A stretch of 64,000 bases of DNA from a virus. Its lineage: Duplodnaviria > Caudoviricetes. Under the pieces are notes generated by a model. That model ran no database searches and was not told the origin of the DNA. It saw only the letters and a program-made list of their open reading frames with translations. The stretch is taken from IMG/VR virus record IMGVR_UViG_2974749168_000001, positions 4,191-68,190 of that record. The stretch is one strand, 5' to 3'. Below are positions 39,653 through 49,107 of this stretch, piece after piece; positions within the stretch are counted from its first letter, which is position 1, and every line of letters starts with the position of its first letter. The translations under genes and the position numbers were made by a program.

Positions 39653-39921
39653 CCTTTCGGAACGTTGGCGCGGATGATGTTCTCTCGCACGACTTCTGAG
39701 TCGAAGTAGACCAGGATGCCCTGGATCTCCAGTCGCTCGGCGACCAGGCGCATCATGTTCTCGTTCGAGATCCCCTCCTCGGGGTCCCAGTCGTCGTCGA
39801 GGCGCTTCACCGGGTGAACGTCGCTCCCGGCGCGCAGCTTGCCCTCCTCGTAGTCCTTGGCCACCGAGCCCACCGTGGCGGTGAGCCGTTCGGCGACCTG
39901 GACCGGATCGAGACGTTTCAC
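39649..39921 (-). CDS. Hypothetical protein (90 aa)
   Basis: GTG start overlapping the upstream stop. Confidence 0.6.
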   Translation of the reverse strand: MKRLDPVQVAERLTATVGSVAKDYEEGKLRAGSDVHPVKRLDDDWDPEEGISNENMMRLVAERLEIQGILVYFDSEVVRENIIRANVPKG

Positions 39922-40394
39922 TGTGCGGACCCCGCTTCCATCAGTGCCTCCACGCTCTCGCGGTAGTAGCGGACCTGCTTCGGCCCGAGCGGACGCACGC
40001 CGACGATCTTGCCCTCGCGCTCCCACCGACGCAGGGTCGGCCGAGACACCCCGAGCATGGTTGCCGCGGTGTTGGCGTCGATGGTCTCGCGGATCACCTT
40101 GCGCAGCTCGGCGATCTTCTCCGGCGAGGACTTGCGGGGCAGGGACTTGGAGTCCGAGCGACGCGAGATCTCCAGGCGCCAGTTGTGGATCTCTTCGATG
40201 ATCAGTTCGTAGTCGTCGATCAGGGTCTTGACCGGGACCCGTTGGTGCGCACCCGCCGTCCGGCTGACCGGCAGGGTCTCCATCCCACCCTGCCGGTTCA
40301 GGCAGCGGCGAAGGACCCAGGCGGGCACACCGAGAAGGACCGCGGCCTGGTTGATACTCACCAGGTTGTCGATCGTGATGTCAGTGCCGCTCAT
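39918..40394 (-). CDS. Tandem MerR/excisionase-type HTH DNA-binding protein
   Basis: SINQAAVLLGVPAWVLRR and DANTAATMLGVSRPTLRRWEREGKI...VRYYRESV. Confidence 0.8.
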   Translation of the reverse strand: MSGTDITIDNLVSINQAAVLLGVPAWVLRRCLNRQGGMETLPVSRTAGAHQRVPVKTLIDDYELIIEEIHNWRLEISRRSDSKSLPRKSSPEKIAELRKVIRETIDANTAATMLGVSRPTLRRWEREGKIVGVRPLGPKQVRYYRESVEALMEAGSAQ

Positions 40395-40423
40395 GTCCTC
40401 ATTCCTCGTTTTGTTTCGGTTAC

Positions 40424-41155
40424 TCACAACTGTAGCAGACCGCGGTCTATCGCCTCCTTCAGCAGCGGCCACGCGCGAAACACCTTCGCCCGCTGCTCGC
40501 GCACCTTCCGGATGAACAGCAGCGCGTGGCGGTCGGCGTCGCGCGCGTGACGGCTGCCAGAGGCCCAGAGACCCCACTGCTTCAGCCGCTCGTCGGTGAT
40601 CGTGGTCTTGGCCTCGCTCGGCTGCTGTTTGACCGGCTCCGGGACGATGCGCTCGATCCAGAGCAGGGTGTCGAGGCTGGAGATGAGTCGGACCGGCGAG
40701 ATCGCGTCTCGCTTCTGCGACTGGGTCCGCAGGATGAAGTCCTCGACCACCACGGTGGCGCACGGCACACGTCCGCCGAGCCGGATCAGGCGCTCCATCA
40801 TGAACACCCCGGCCGCTTCGCCGGACGCCGAGCCACCGAGGTCGATCCCCTGTGCCGCCGCGGAGTTCGCCACCTGTCCGGACTTCGCTCCGCAGTCGAT
40901 CTCCCCGTGGTGCCACTGGGTGATGGTTTCGTGCGGCCGGACGGTCTTGTCGAGCAGCTTGGCGGGGTCGACGCGCATGATCGACCAGCCGGTGGTCCCG
41001 CCCGGGTCGAACGCGACGACGCTGAGCCCTCGGCCGAGCCGGTGAATGATGCGGTCGTCGTCCATCGCGGCGACCTTCTGCGCGAAGGGAGCGTCGAGGT
41101 CGAGCATCGCCTTCTTCCGGTCGAGCCAGTCGCCGGTGGGATCAGAGGGCTTCAC
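40424..41155 (-). CDS. RuvC-like Holliday junction resolvase
   Basis: VVAFDPGGTTG, VVVEDF, QQPSEAK, HARDADRHA. Confidence 0.82.
   Translation of the reverse strand: MKPSDPTGDWLDRKKAMLDLDAPFAQKVAAMDDDRIIHRLGRGLSVVAFDPGGTTGWSIMRVDPAKLLDKTVRPHETITQWHHGEIDCGAKSGQVANSAAAQGIDLGGSASGEAAGVFMMERLIRLGGRVPCATVVVEDFILRTQSQKRDAISPVRLISSLDTLLWIERIVPEPVKQQPSEAKTTITDERLKQWGLWASGSRHARDADRHALLFIRKVREQRAKVFRAWPLLKEAIDRGLLQL
40429..40448 (-). promoter_or_regulatory. Extended -10 TGCTACAGT with an adjacent 12-bp palindrome AGACCGCGGTCT, upstream of the HTH gene
   Basis: Read directly. Confidence 0.5.
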
Positions 41156-41382
41156 TCCATCGTCTCCTGGGCCGAGACGGTGACCTCCTGCTCCATCGGG
41201 GGAGAGTCAAGATCCCAGGTCACTCGGTAGACGTTGTAGACACGACCGTCCTTCCGGATGCGCTCCCCGACAGCGGGGACCCGGAATGCGTCGCCGACGA
41301 ACTGGTAGTAGGCGGTGACCGACCGAGGCCCCATGAGGGACTGAAGATCGTATGTGACAACAACTTTCGTAGGCATGGTCAT
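41152..41382 (-). CDS. Hypothetical protein (76 aa)
   Basis: Overlapping start/stop; VPAVGE motif shared with its neighbour. Confidence 0.7.
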   Translation of the reverse strand: MTMPTKVVVTYDLQSLMGPRSVTAYYQFVGDAFRVPAVGERIRKDGRVYNVYRVTWDLDSPPMEQEVTVSAQETME

Positions 41383-41606
41383 TCTGGTGCTCCTAGCTCG
41401 ACGTTGATCAGGGTCCGGCCCGGACGATTGACGTGCATCGACCAGCTCACCTTCAGCACCGGCCGAAGACCGCTGGACTCGACATGATCCCCTACCCGAG
41501 GGACCAGCGGGGCTGAGCCGGTCGGATACTGCACATGCCAGGAGGGGTGAGCCCGGGGCTCCTGGGCCTTGGAGTGATAGAACACGGTCGTTTCCTGGTA
41601 CATCAT
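41379..41606 (-). CDS. Hypothetical protein (75 aa)
   Basis: Overlapping start/stop; VPRVGD motif. Confidence 0.7.
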   Translation of the reverse strand: MMYQETTVFYHSKAQEPRAHPSWHVQYPTGSAPLVPRVGDHVESSGLRPVLKVSWSMHVNRPGRTLINVELGAPE

Positions 41607-44600
41607 TCCTCCAGTTCGATCAGGGTGAGTTCTTCTGCCTGGACGCTCGGGCCGTGCCCGTCGCGGGACAGGCCGAGCACGTGAACCGCGGTGAGGTCGG
41701 TGATCGCGGCGATCTCTTCGGCAAGGTCGGGGTACATGAACCGATGAACGTAGATGTGGACCTCGATCCCCTCCCCGTCTTCGGCGATGATGGTGGCCTT
41801 CGTCGACTTCTCCGGTGCCGAGTCCTCGGCGCGCAGCTCCTCGACCGGACGGCCGGTGCGCTTGCGCAGAGCCTCGAAGTGGTCCTTGATCTTGACCTCG
41901 CGGACCAGACCGATGAACACCACCCGCTCGTCGACGGCCGAGAGCAACAGGTCCGAGCCGGTGTTGTCGCCGAGCAACCCGAGATCGCCGTCGTCGATCG
42001 CGGTCTCGATGGTCGCGACGGCGCGTGCGGCCCGGTTGATCCCGAACGGGTCCGGGCTGGACGACATGTCGTTGAGCCGGTCGATCATCTTCGGACCAAC
42101 GCCAGGGATGCCGGTCGACGGCTCGTCCGGAAGGGTCTTTCGGCCCTTCTTCCCGGCGACGTACCGCATGTCCTCCCAGTGAAGACCGACCAGCCGGAAG
42201 TCGACTGGTCCGGTCATCTCGTCCGGCGGGGTCGCGCGAGCGTCACGCCACTCGACCATCTTCCGGCCGACCTTCTCGGCGACACCCTCGACCTGGGTGA
42301 AACCGGCGCGCACGGCCCGGGGCCCCTTGAACTGCGCTCGGATCGGGCTGCCGTCCTCACGGAGCCCGCGGAACTCGTCGGTCCACACTGGCTCCCAGGT
42401 GAGTTGTGACTTGGCCAGGCTCGGCTCGACGATACTGACCCCATGTCGCGTTGCATCCTTCATGAGGGCCAACGCCTGGTCCTTGTCCGCGCGGCGCAGC
42501 GCCGCCGCGAAGAACTCGCGAGGGTAGTAGAGCTTCAGCCAGGCCAGCCAGTAGCCGACGACCGAGTAGCAGACAGCGTGCGCGATGTTGAACAGGTAGC
42601 TCGATGACGCGGCCATGTAGTCCCACAGCTCGCGGGCCTCGCTCTCGCTGAGCCCGACCTCGCGCTTCATGCCGTCGCGGAACTCCTCCCAGAATGCCTC
42701 GAACGCGCCACCCTGCTTCTTCTTTCCGATGATCCGGCGCAGCGCACCGACCCTCTCGCCAGGCATCCCCGCGGTGCGGCCCATGCCCATCACCTGCTCC
42801 TGGTAGACCAGGCAGCCATTCGTCTCCGCGAGCACCTTGTTGAGGTCGGGGTAACCCCAGTCGCGAGGCTCCTCTTTGCCCAGCTCGACGGCCTCGTAGT
42901 GGCTGGTCTGGCCGGAGATCAGCGCGCCGGGGCGCGACAGCGCGTTGATGTCGGCGAGATGGCGGAACTCGAACTTCGTGGCTCCGGCCAGCGCGTTGAC
43001 GATCCCGCGGGTGGTGCGGCCGTCGAACTGGAAGATGCCGGTGAGGTCACCGGTGCCGAAGATGTCGTCGAACACCTGCTGGTTGTCCCGGGGCAGCGCG
43101 TAGAGCTCGTTCCAGGACATGCCGATCCACCCGAGCGCGTCGGAGATCAGACCGAGGGTCTTCAGCCCGAGGATGTCGAGCTTCAGCATCCCGAGGTACT
43201 CGGCGTCGCGCTTGTCATAGGCGATGCCTCGGCGGGTCACGCCGTCTTTGGTCTGGGTGTAGATCGCGCACGTGTCGACGATGGGTCGGGTCGAGATCAC
43301 CAACCCCGCGGCATGGATACCGAGACCCCGGTAGTCCCCCTCGATGTCGGCTGCCATGCGCAGGTCGGGGTACTTCTCGACGATCTCCCGGGCTCGGTCG
43401 AAGCTGGCGATCGCGTCGACGACGGAGTAGTTCTCGCGCGGGTCGCCGTCGTCGCGGTCGACGATGAGATCCTTCAGCTCGAAGACCTCGGAGAAGTCCG
43501 ACAGCTCGTGTGCTCGCGCGACGTCGGCGATCGCCGTCCGGCCGCGGTAGCGCATGTAGTTGGCGATGTGGCTGGTCTTCTCGGCGCCGTACTTGTCTGT
43601 GGCGTAGGCGAATACGGCCTTGGGGTCCTCGAAGTCGATGTCGATGTCGGGGTCGTCCGGACGCGACGGGTCGATGAACCGCTCGAACTGCATGAGCGGG
43701 AACTCCATGGGGTCGATCTCGGTGATGCGCAGCAGGTAGCAGATCTCCGACCCGGCAGCCGAGCCACGACCGGGGCCGACGCCCATCTTCGCGACGTCCT
43801 TGGCCCACCGGACCAGGTCGGAGCACACGAGGAAGTAGTCGCAGAACCCCTTCTCGTCGAGCAGCCCGAACTCGTAGTGGATCCGCTCCAGGTAGGCATC
43901 GGTGTCGGCATCCCACCGCTGCGCGAAGCGGGGGTCGGTGTTCGCGCGGAACTCGATCCCGTCGTTGATCCACTCGCGCAACCGGTCCGGCGCGGACATC
44001 TGCTTGCCGCGCTCGATGTAGATGACGCGCTCAGACTTCGGCAGCTCGACGTTGCAGCGGTCGGCGATCTCGCGAGCCCCGCGGATGGCGGCGTCCCCCT
44101 CCGCGTCACTCAGCAGGCAGTCAGCGAGCTTGCGCAAGCACTCCTCGTCGGACTCGGGGTAGGTCAGCCGGACGTCGTACTCCCAGTCGGCGTCCTGGGT
44201 CGACACTGTGCCGCCGCGGTGCGCCGCGTGCAGCATCCGCTGGATGGCGTTCTGGTCGGGGTAGGGGTAGTGGACGTCAGCCGTCGCGACCGTGGGGATG
44301 CCGTCGGCCGCGGCGACGTCGGCGAAGAACTGGTTGAGCAGCACCGCTCGGTCCAGCTCGGGGAACATCTGCATCTCCAGGTAGAACCGGTCGCCGTAGA
44401 CCTTCCGGAACTTCGCGATGAGTGCGCGGGTCTCGTCGACGGACTCGTCGGTCCAGTCGTCACGCCGGTCACCGAGGGTCTTGCCGCCGAGCAGCGTGCA
44501 GGAGATCCACGAGTCGGCGCACCCGCTGGTCACGATGAGCCCCTTCGTCAGCTCGGGATCGAGGATCTGATTCAGGTGCAGGCGCGGGACGTACTTGGTC

Positions 44601-44914
44601 TGCTCCCAGGCCAGGCCGACGAGACGATTGAGGTTGCGGTACCCCTCGGCGTTCATCGCGAGCACGGTCTGGTGGAAGTGCCGTCGACGGGGCTCGTCGG
44701 CCGGGGCGATGTCGAACTCGACGCCGAAGATCGGCTTGATCCCAGCCTCGTTCGCAGCCTGTTCGAGCTGTACGTGCGACGAGAGGTTTCGGTGCTCGGT
44801 GAGCGCGAGCGCGTCCATCCCCAGCTCGACGGCCCGGGCCACGTGGTGCTTCGGCAGCCGGTACCCGTCGCCGTGGGAGAACGAGCTGTGCGTGTGCAGG
44901 GAGACCCACTCCAT
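41603..44914 (-). CDS. dnaE: DNA polymerase III alpha subunit (DnaE-like)
   Basis: PHP domain SLHTHSSFSHGDG; GPGRGSAAGSEICYLLRIT; PDIDIDF; GIHAAG; KLDILGL; YLFNIAHA. Confidence 0.95.
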   Translation of the reverse strand: MEWVSLHTHSSFSHGDGYRLPKHHVARAVELGMDALALTEHRNLSSHVQLEQAANEAGIKPIFGVEFDIAPADEPRRRHFHQTVLAMNAEGYRNLNRLVGLAWEQTKYVPRLHLNQILDPELTKGLIVTSGCADSWISCTLLGGKTLGDRRDDWTDESVDETRALIAKFRKVYGDRFYLEMQMFPELDRAVLLNQFFADVAAADGIPTVATADVHYPYPDQNAIQRMLHAAHRGGTVSTQDADWEYDVRLTYPESDEECLRKLADCLLSDAEGDAAIRGAREIADRCNVELPKSERVIYIERGKQMSAPDRLREWINDGIEFRANTDPRFAQRWDADTDAYLERIHYEFGLLDEKGFCDYFLVCSDLVRWAKDVAKMGVGPGRGSAAGSEICYLLRITEIDPMEFPLMQFERFIDPSRPDDPDIDIDFEDPKAVFAYATDKYGAEKTSHIANYMRYRGRTAIADVARAHELSDFSEVFELKDLIVDRDDGDPRENYSVVDAIASFDRAREIVEKYPDLRMAADIEGDYRGLGIHAAGLVISTRPIVDTCAIYTQTKDGVTRRGIAYDKRDAEYLGMLKLDILGLKTLGLISDALGWIGMSWNELYALPRDNQQVFDDIFGTGDLTGIFQFDGRTTRGIVNALAGATKFEFRHLADINALSRPGALISGQTSHYEAVELGKEEPRDWGYPDLNKVLAETNGCLVYQEQVMGMGRTAGMPGERVGALRRIIGKKKQGGAFEAFWEEFRDGMKREVGLSESEARELWDYMAASSSYLFNIAHAVCYSVVGYWLAWLKLYYPREFFAAALRRADKDQALALMKDATRHGVSIVEPSLAKSQLTWEPVWTDEFRGLREDGSPIRAQFKGPRAVRAGFTQVEGVAEKVGRKMVEWRDARATPPDEMTGPVDFRLVGLHWEDMRYVAGKKGRKTLPDEPSTGIPGVGPKMIDRLNDMSSSPDPFGINRAARAVATIETAIDDGDLGLLGDNTGSDLLLSAVDERVVFIGLVREVKIKDHFEALRKRTGRPVEELRAEDSAPEKSTKATIIAEDGEGIEVHIYVHRFMYPDLAEEIAAITDLTAVHVLGLSRDGHGPSVQAEELTLIELEE

Positions 44915-45243
44915 CAGCGCATCCTCGACAGTCGAGCGGCCCGTGCTGCCTGGTCGTAGACGGCAGCGCGAGCTTTCGCCCGCTCGAAGGGGTCGATGTA
45001 CCCGCGGTAGAGATCCTTCGGCGCGGTGATGATCCGGCCGTTGAAGACCATCACCCCATTCTCGTCGAAGGCCGACAGCGGGGTGAAGTAGTGCCGTGAG
45101 GGGGAGTCCGGGGCTCGATGGCGGCGCCCTTCGTCGTGTCCGGCGATCAGCGTGCAACGCACCTCGACGCCCATCTTGTTCTCCTTGACGAAACCGCAGC
45201 GTCCGCGCGGTTTCAGCGTCGGGACGCGGTTGACGATGGTCAT
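44914..45243 (-). CDS. Hypothetical protein (109 aa)
   Basis: GGAGG RBS before the ATG at 45243; TGATG coupling to dnaE. Confidence 0.7.
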   Translation of the reverse strand: MTIVNRVPTLKPRGRCGFVKENKMGVEVRCTLIAGHDEGRRHRAPDSPSRHYFTPLSAFDENGVMVFNGRIITAPKDLYRGYIDPFERAKARAAVYDQAARAARLSRMR

Positions 45244-45289
45244 GGGTCCTCCAAAATTGCCGGAAAATCCGGGGGAAGTTTCGAGATCG

Positions 45290-45319
45290 ACTTTAACAGT
45301 TGACGTCAAGCGACGTCAA
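45290..45319 (-). promoter_or_regulatory. Promoter TTGACG-N18-TAAAGT with TTGACGTCAA in the spacer
   Basis: Read directly on the reverse strand. Confidence 0.7.
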
Positions 45320-45536
45320 GGTGTCGCTGGCCCCGCGAACCGATGAGCCACTTCCTGAACGTGATCATGTCGTGGGTGCGGTTGTAGGCCGCGATCTCCT
45401 CGGGGTGGTCGGAGCAGGCGTTCTCGCGCTCGATCTCCTGCCGGTACCGCTCGGCGCGGTACTCATCGACCTGGCGGGCATGAGCGATCGAACACTGCAC
45501 GTGGGAAGCCGTGCAGCGCAGATGCGGCGCCAGCAC
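45306..45536 (-). CDS. Hypothetical protein (76 aa)
   Basis: Fills the gap; E...AY...ITFRKWL pattern. Confidence 0.55.
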   Translation of the reverse strand: MLAPHLRCTASHVQCSIAHARQVDEYRAERYRQEIERENACSDHPEEIAAYNRTHDMITFRKWLIGSRGQRHLDVA

Positions 45537-45542
45537 CGCCGG

Positions 45543-46007
45543 TCAGTCGCGCTTCTCGGCCCACAGGACCCGGCCGTCGGCCGTCACGCCGACCTGCTCG
45601 AACTGGGGCGGGACGGCGGTCTCGATCTCGGCCATGGCGTCGGCCATCCGGTCCTGCGCGCCGGAGTGGCAGAGCTGGTCGACAGCCTCCTTCAGCTTGT
45701 CGAACGGGATCGTGCCGGTGATCGTGGTCTCGACGTGCCCGGCCTTGACCAGCAGGATCGCCGGGGTCGAGGTCAGCGAGGCGTCTTCGAGGAATCGGAT
45801 GACCTGGTCGTATCCGGTCCAGGAATCACACGAGGCGAATCGGAGGTTCCGGTAGATCGGCAGCTCGTTGACGGCCGATTCGAGGTAGTCGTGCATCGGG
45901 TCGCCGGGTCGGCCGACGAGGACCAGCCAGCGAGGAGAGCGGCTCTCGTCGGTCACCCGCTCGTAGATGGCGGGGTTGTTCAGGGGGGCGAACTCAATGA
46001 TGGGCAT
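45543..46007 (-). CDS. Thioredoxin-like fold protein lacking CxxC
   Basis: TPAILLVKAGHVETTITGTIPFDKLKEAV resembles the cis-Pro beta-beta-alpha C-terminus of thioredoxins; AAGGAG RBS. Confidence 0.5.
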   Translation of the reverse strand: MPIIEFAPLNNPAIYERVTDESRSPRWLVLVGRPGDPMHDYLESAVNELPIYRNLRFASCDSWTGYDQVIRFLEDASLTSTPAILLVKAGHVETTITGTIPFDKLKEAVDQLCHSGAQDRMADAMAEIETAVPPQFEQVGVTADGRVLWAEKRD

Positions 46008-46029
46008 GGGGCTCCTTCTGGGACGAGAA

Positions 46030-46067
46030 GAGCGGGTGGACCGACCCCTCAATCGGTCCACCCGCTC
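46030..46067 (-). terminator. 15-bp perfect hairpin downstream of the SSB-like gene
   Basis: GAGCGGGTGGACCGA / TCGGTCCACCCGCTC. Confidence 0.7.
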
Positions 46068-46079
46068 AGGTGTGGTGGC

Positions 46080-46997
46080 TCAGAACGCGCTGCGGCGCTT
46101 CCGGCCGGTGGGCTCCGGTTCGGGCTCCGGGCCGTCCTCGTCCCCATCCTCGGGCTCGTCGGCCACGTAGCCGTCCTCGTCCCCATCCTCATCGACGTAT
46201 TCGTCCTCGTCGATCGGGTCCTCTTCCGGCTCCGGCTCGTCCTCGTCCTCAGGGTCCGGCTCCGGTTCGGGCTTCGGCTTGCGCCTGGTCGCCCGCTTCT
46301 TGGTCGCCGCGACGACCTTCTCCGGCTGCTCGTCCTCGTCATAGTCGGTGGGATCGTCCGACACGTCATCGTCGTCGACCACGATCTCGTCGTCGTCGAC
46401 GATCACTTCCTCCTCGACCGGGCCGCTGGAGGGCACCTCATGGCCGGAGGGGTAGATGTCGTTGACCCGGAGCTGGCGCATCGGGGTCTTCTTGATCGTC
46501 CCGTCTGCGCCCTTCTCCTTCTTCGTGTAGCTGTCGTTCTTCGTCGAGACGACGACCGGGATGCCCTTGAATCCCTTTCCGCCCATGGAGAACTGGCCGA
46601 GCTTGATGATTTTCTCGCCCTTGTCATCCATGACCGCGTTGCCGCCCCAGAACACCGCGCGGAGCTTGTCGTCGCCGGAGATCGCGTCGAACAGCCGGTT
46701 GATCTGGCCGACCTTCAGGTCGATGTACTCCTCCTCCATGCTCTCGGGGATCACGAGGCGATGGAAGATGGCGTAGCCGTTGTACTTCTCGTGCTCGTGG
46801 CCCTTCGGCGCATCGAACTCGATGATGGTGACCAGCATCGTCTTGTCACCGGCGCGGGTCGGCTTCACGCCGATCTGCTTGATTTTGGCCGAGTAGACCC
46901 CCATGGGAGGGACGGGGCCCGAGTAGTTGGAATACCCCTCGGTGGCCTTGACCTTTGCGGCCTCGGCTCCGAGCTTCAGCTTCAGCTTGACGCCCAT
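46080..46997 (-). CDS. Single-stranded DNA-binding-like protein with a long acidic tail
   Basis: OB-like N-half (PPMGVYSAKIK...), D/E/P-rich C-third; next to the Sak4-like ATPase. Confidence 0.6.
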   Translation of the reverse strand: MGVKLKLKLGAEAAKVKATEGYSNYSGPVPPMGVYSAKIKQIGVKPTRAGDKTMLVTIIEFDAPKGHEHEKYNGYAIFHRLVIPESMEEEYIDLKVGQINRLFDAISGDDKLRAVFWGGNAVMDDKGEKIIKLGQFSMGGKGFKGIPVVVSTKNDSYTKKEKGADGTIKKTPMRQLRVNDIYPSGHEVPSSGPVEEEVIVDDDEIVVDDDDVSDDPTDYDEDEQPEKVVAATKKRATRRKPKPEPEPDPEDEDEPEPEEDPIDEDEYVDEDGDEDGYVADEPEDGDEDGPEPEPEPTGRKRRSAF

Positions 46998-47030
46998 TGT
47001 GCGTGTTTCTCCTAGTTCCCTGGTGGGGTG

Positions 47031-47852
47031 TTACTTTGCCGAGCCAGCGGTTGCGGGCTCGTCGTCCTCGATGGAGTTTGCCTCTTCGATCTTCGCGGCG
47101 ATCTTCGCCAAGTTCGGCCGGATCGAGCGGGGTCCGAGAGCGTCGAACCGGTCCTTGGCGATGACCGACCCGTCCGGGCTGTGCCACTGGATGACCCGCT
47201 CACTGGTCGTCTTCTGGGTCTTCGCGCTGGTCACCGAAGCCTTGTGCATGTAGCCGACGCAGTGCATCTGCGCGGCGATCCAGTTCGCGACCTTGTAGCC
47301 CTGGCCGTGGAACTGGGGCATCCGGAGCTGTTTGCCCTCCTCGTTGTCGACGAGCATCGCGTGTGCGGTCCAGCAGACGTTGACCGGCAGATCGTTGATC
47401 AGGGTCACGTAGCGCATGAGGCGCTGCTGTTCCTTGCCGTACTCGTCGAGGTGGACTTTGTCCGGGTCGAGATCCTTCGCCGTGCCCTCTTCGACGCGCT
47501 CATCGACGATGTCGCGCCGGATGTTGAGCTGGAGCTGGGTGCCGGTGTCGACGCACACCCAGTCGAACGGGAAGCCTTCGGCTCCGGCGTGGTCGCGCAG
47601 CCACTCGTAGGCATCCTTGAACCGCTGCCACGACGCGGTGCAGTCCCAGACCTTCGAGCCCTCGCCCCCGACCGACTTGCGCGCGGAGATGGTGCCGTTC
47701 TCGGTGGCCAGGAACAGGACTCGTCCGCCGGTCCCGGCGAAGCGGGTCTTGCCGATCCCGGGATCGCCGTAGACCAGCATGGTGATGTTCTCGGTGTACT
47801 CGTCGATGTCGACGATGTCGTCTGGAAGGTCGAACTCGGTTTCGGTGGTCAT
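47031..47852 (-). CDS. AAA-family ATPase (Sak4-like recombinase)
   Basis: LVYGDPGIGKTRFA, VCVDTGT, VCWTAH, AKDRF. Confidence 0.82.
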   Translation of the reverse strand: MTTETEFDLPDDIVDIDEYTENITMLVYGDPGIGKTRFAGTGGRVLFLATENGTISARKSVGGEGSKVWDCTASWQRFKDAYEWLRDHAGAEGFPFDWVCVDTGTQLQLNIRRDIVDERVEEGTAKDLDPDKVHLDEYGKEQQRLMRYVTLINDLPVNVCWTAHAMLVDNEEGKQLRMPQFHGQGYKVANWIAAQMHCVGYMHKASVTSAKTQKTTSERVIQWHSPDGSVIAKDRFDALGPRSIRPNLAKIAAKIEEANSIEDDEPATAGSAK

Positions 47853-47868
47853 GGCTCCTTGATTCCTC

Positions 47869-47907
47869 GTTGACGTCAACTGTAGCAGTAAATCACATCG
47901 CTGTCAC
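47869..47907 (-). promoter_or_regulatory. Promoter GTGACA-N17-TACAGT (extended TG) with GTTGACGTCAAC overlapping the -10/+1 region
   Basis: Read directly. Confidence 0.7.
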
Positions 47908-49107
47908 TCAGAACTCGCCGCGGCGCTCCTCGCGGTGCGCGGCGTACGGATCGCGCACGCGGTACGCGACCTCTTTCAGCATCTCGACGTCGCCGCCGTT
48001 CTCGTCGGCCAGGCACAGCGCGTAGAAGTCGCAGTCCCAGGTGCAGTCGGTCGTCGGCGTCTTGTACAGCGGCAGCCGACCCTCGCGCATCTCGTTCATC
48101 ACCACGACCTCGTCGGCGATCCGCTGGATCTGCTTGCGACGCTCTTTCGAGGTGCGATACACCGGCTCCCGCTTGAACCGCGGGCTCGGCTGGCTGTTCG
48201 AGACGTCACCGAGCACCACGAGCTCTCGCGCGTCAGCCTCCTCGATCAACTCATCGACCTTCATCTTCTCGAAGATCTTCAGGGTGGCCGGACCCTCGAT
48301 GTTGCGCCAGTCCTCGGCGATCCCCTTCCACTGCTGGGACTCCCACTCCATCAGCGCGTCGAGGTAGTGCTTCTTCGTCGGCTTGTTCGTGGCCTGGCCC
48401 TGCGCGTTGACCGGCCGGGGGTCCGGCGGGGCCTTCATCAGGAAGTTGTACATGATCCCGTTGATCCGCTCGGTCTTGCCGATCACCCCGCGACGGCGCA
48501 GCACGGTGTCGGCCACGGCCCAGTACCCACCAGCCTGGTCGTCGAGCGGCAGGTGGTGAGTGCGGATCGAGCGCGCCGTTTTGTGGTCCCAGAGCCAGAT
48601 GGAGCCGTCCGGAAGGTACCGCGCGACGATGTCGAAGGTCCCGTGGAACTTGGCGACCGGGGTGAGGTCTTTCGGCCGCTCCGGGTCGACGCCGGTGGAG
48701 CGGGGGATGCCGATGCCGAACGGCGATTCCGGAGACAGGATCTCCCAGTCCTCGTCGAGGCCGAACTCGACGAGGTAGTTCTCCAGCATCGCCACGCCGA
48801 CGGCCTCGGCGTCCATCACCGTGGTCTCGGCGTCTTCGGGGAGGCCCGACTTCTTGAACTCGACTCGGATCAGCTCACGGACACCCTCGCAGTACTCCCG
48901 CCACGTTTCGACCAGCGGACGGCCGCGCTCGGTGCCGGGGATGTACCACTGCTCGAAGGCGAGGTGGATGCCGGTCCCGAACCACAGCGGGAGCTTCTGC
49001 TTCTTCGACTCCAGGCCGTCGCGCCAGGCCCACCACCACCGCTGCGGGCACCGCTTGAAGTCCTTGCGCTCGGACCCGCGGAGCAGAGGGAGGTCGATCT
49101 GAGTCAC
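47908..49107 (-). CDS. Cas4-like PD-(D/E)xK exonuclease
   Basis: FKRCPQRW, GTGIH, GTFDIV...WDHKT, Q...Y, C-terminal CTWDCDFYALC (1+3 Cys). Confidence 0.88.
   Translation of the reverse strand: MTQIDLPLLRGSERKDFKRCPQRWWWAWRDGLESKKQKLPLWFGTGIHLAFEQWYIPGTERGRPLVETWREYCEGVRELIRVEFKKSGLPEDAETTVMDAEAVGVAMLENYLVEFGLDEDWEILSPESPFGIGIPRSTGVDPERPKDLTPVAKFHGTFDIVARYLPDGSIWLWDHKTARSIRTHHLPLDDQAGGYWAVADTVLRRRGVIGKTERINGIMYNFLMKAPPDPRPVNAQGQATNKPTKKHYLDALMEWESQQWKGIAEDWRNIEGPATLKIFEKMKVDELIEEADARELVVLGDVSNSQPSPRFKREPVYRTSKERRKQIQRIADEVVVMNEMREGRLPLYKTPTTDCTWDCDFYALCLADENGGDVEMLKEVAYRVRDPYAAHREERRGEF

Noticed and set aside
47908-49107. Cas4-like gene as evidence of a CRISPR system
   Set aside because: No repeat-spacer array or other cas genes; it sits with the Sak4-like ATPase and SSB, as a normal phage recombination exonuclease.
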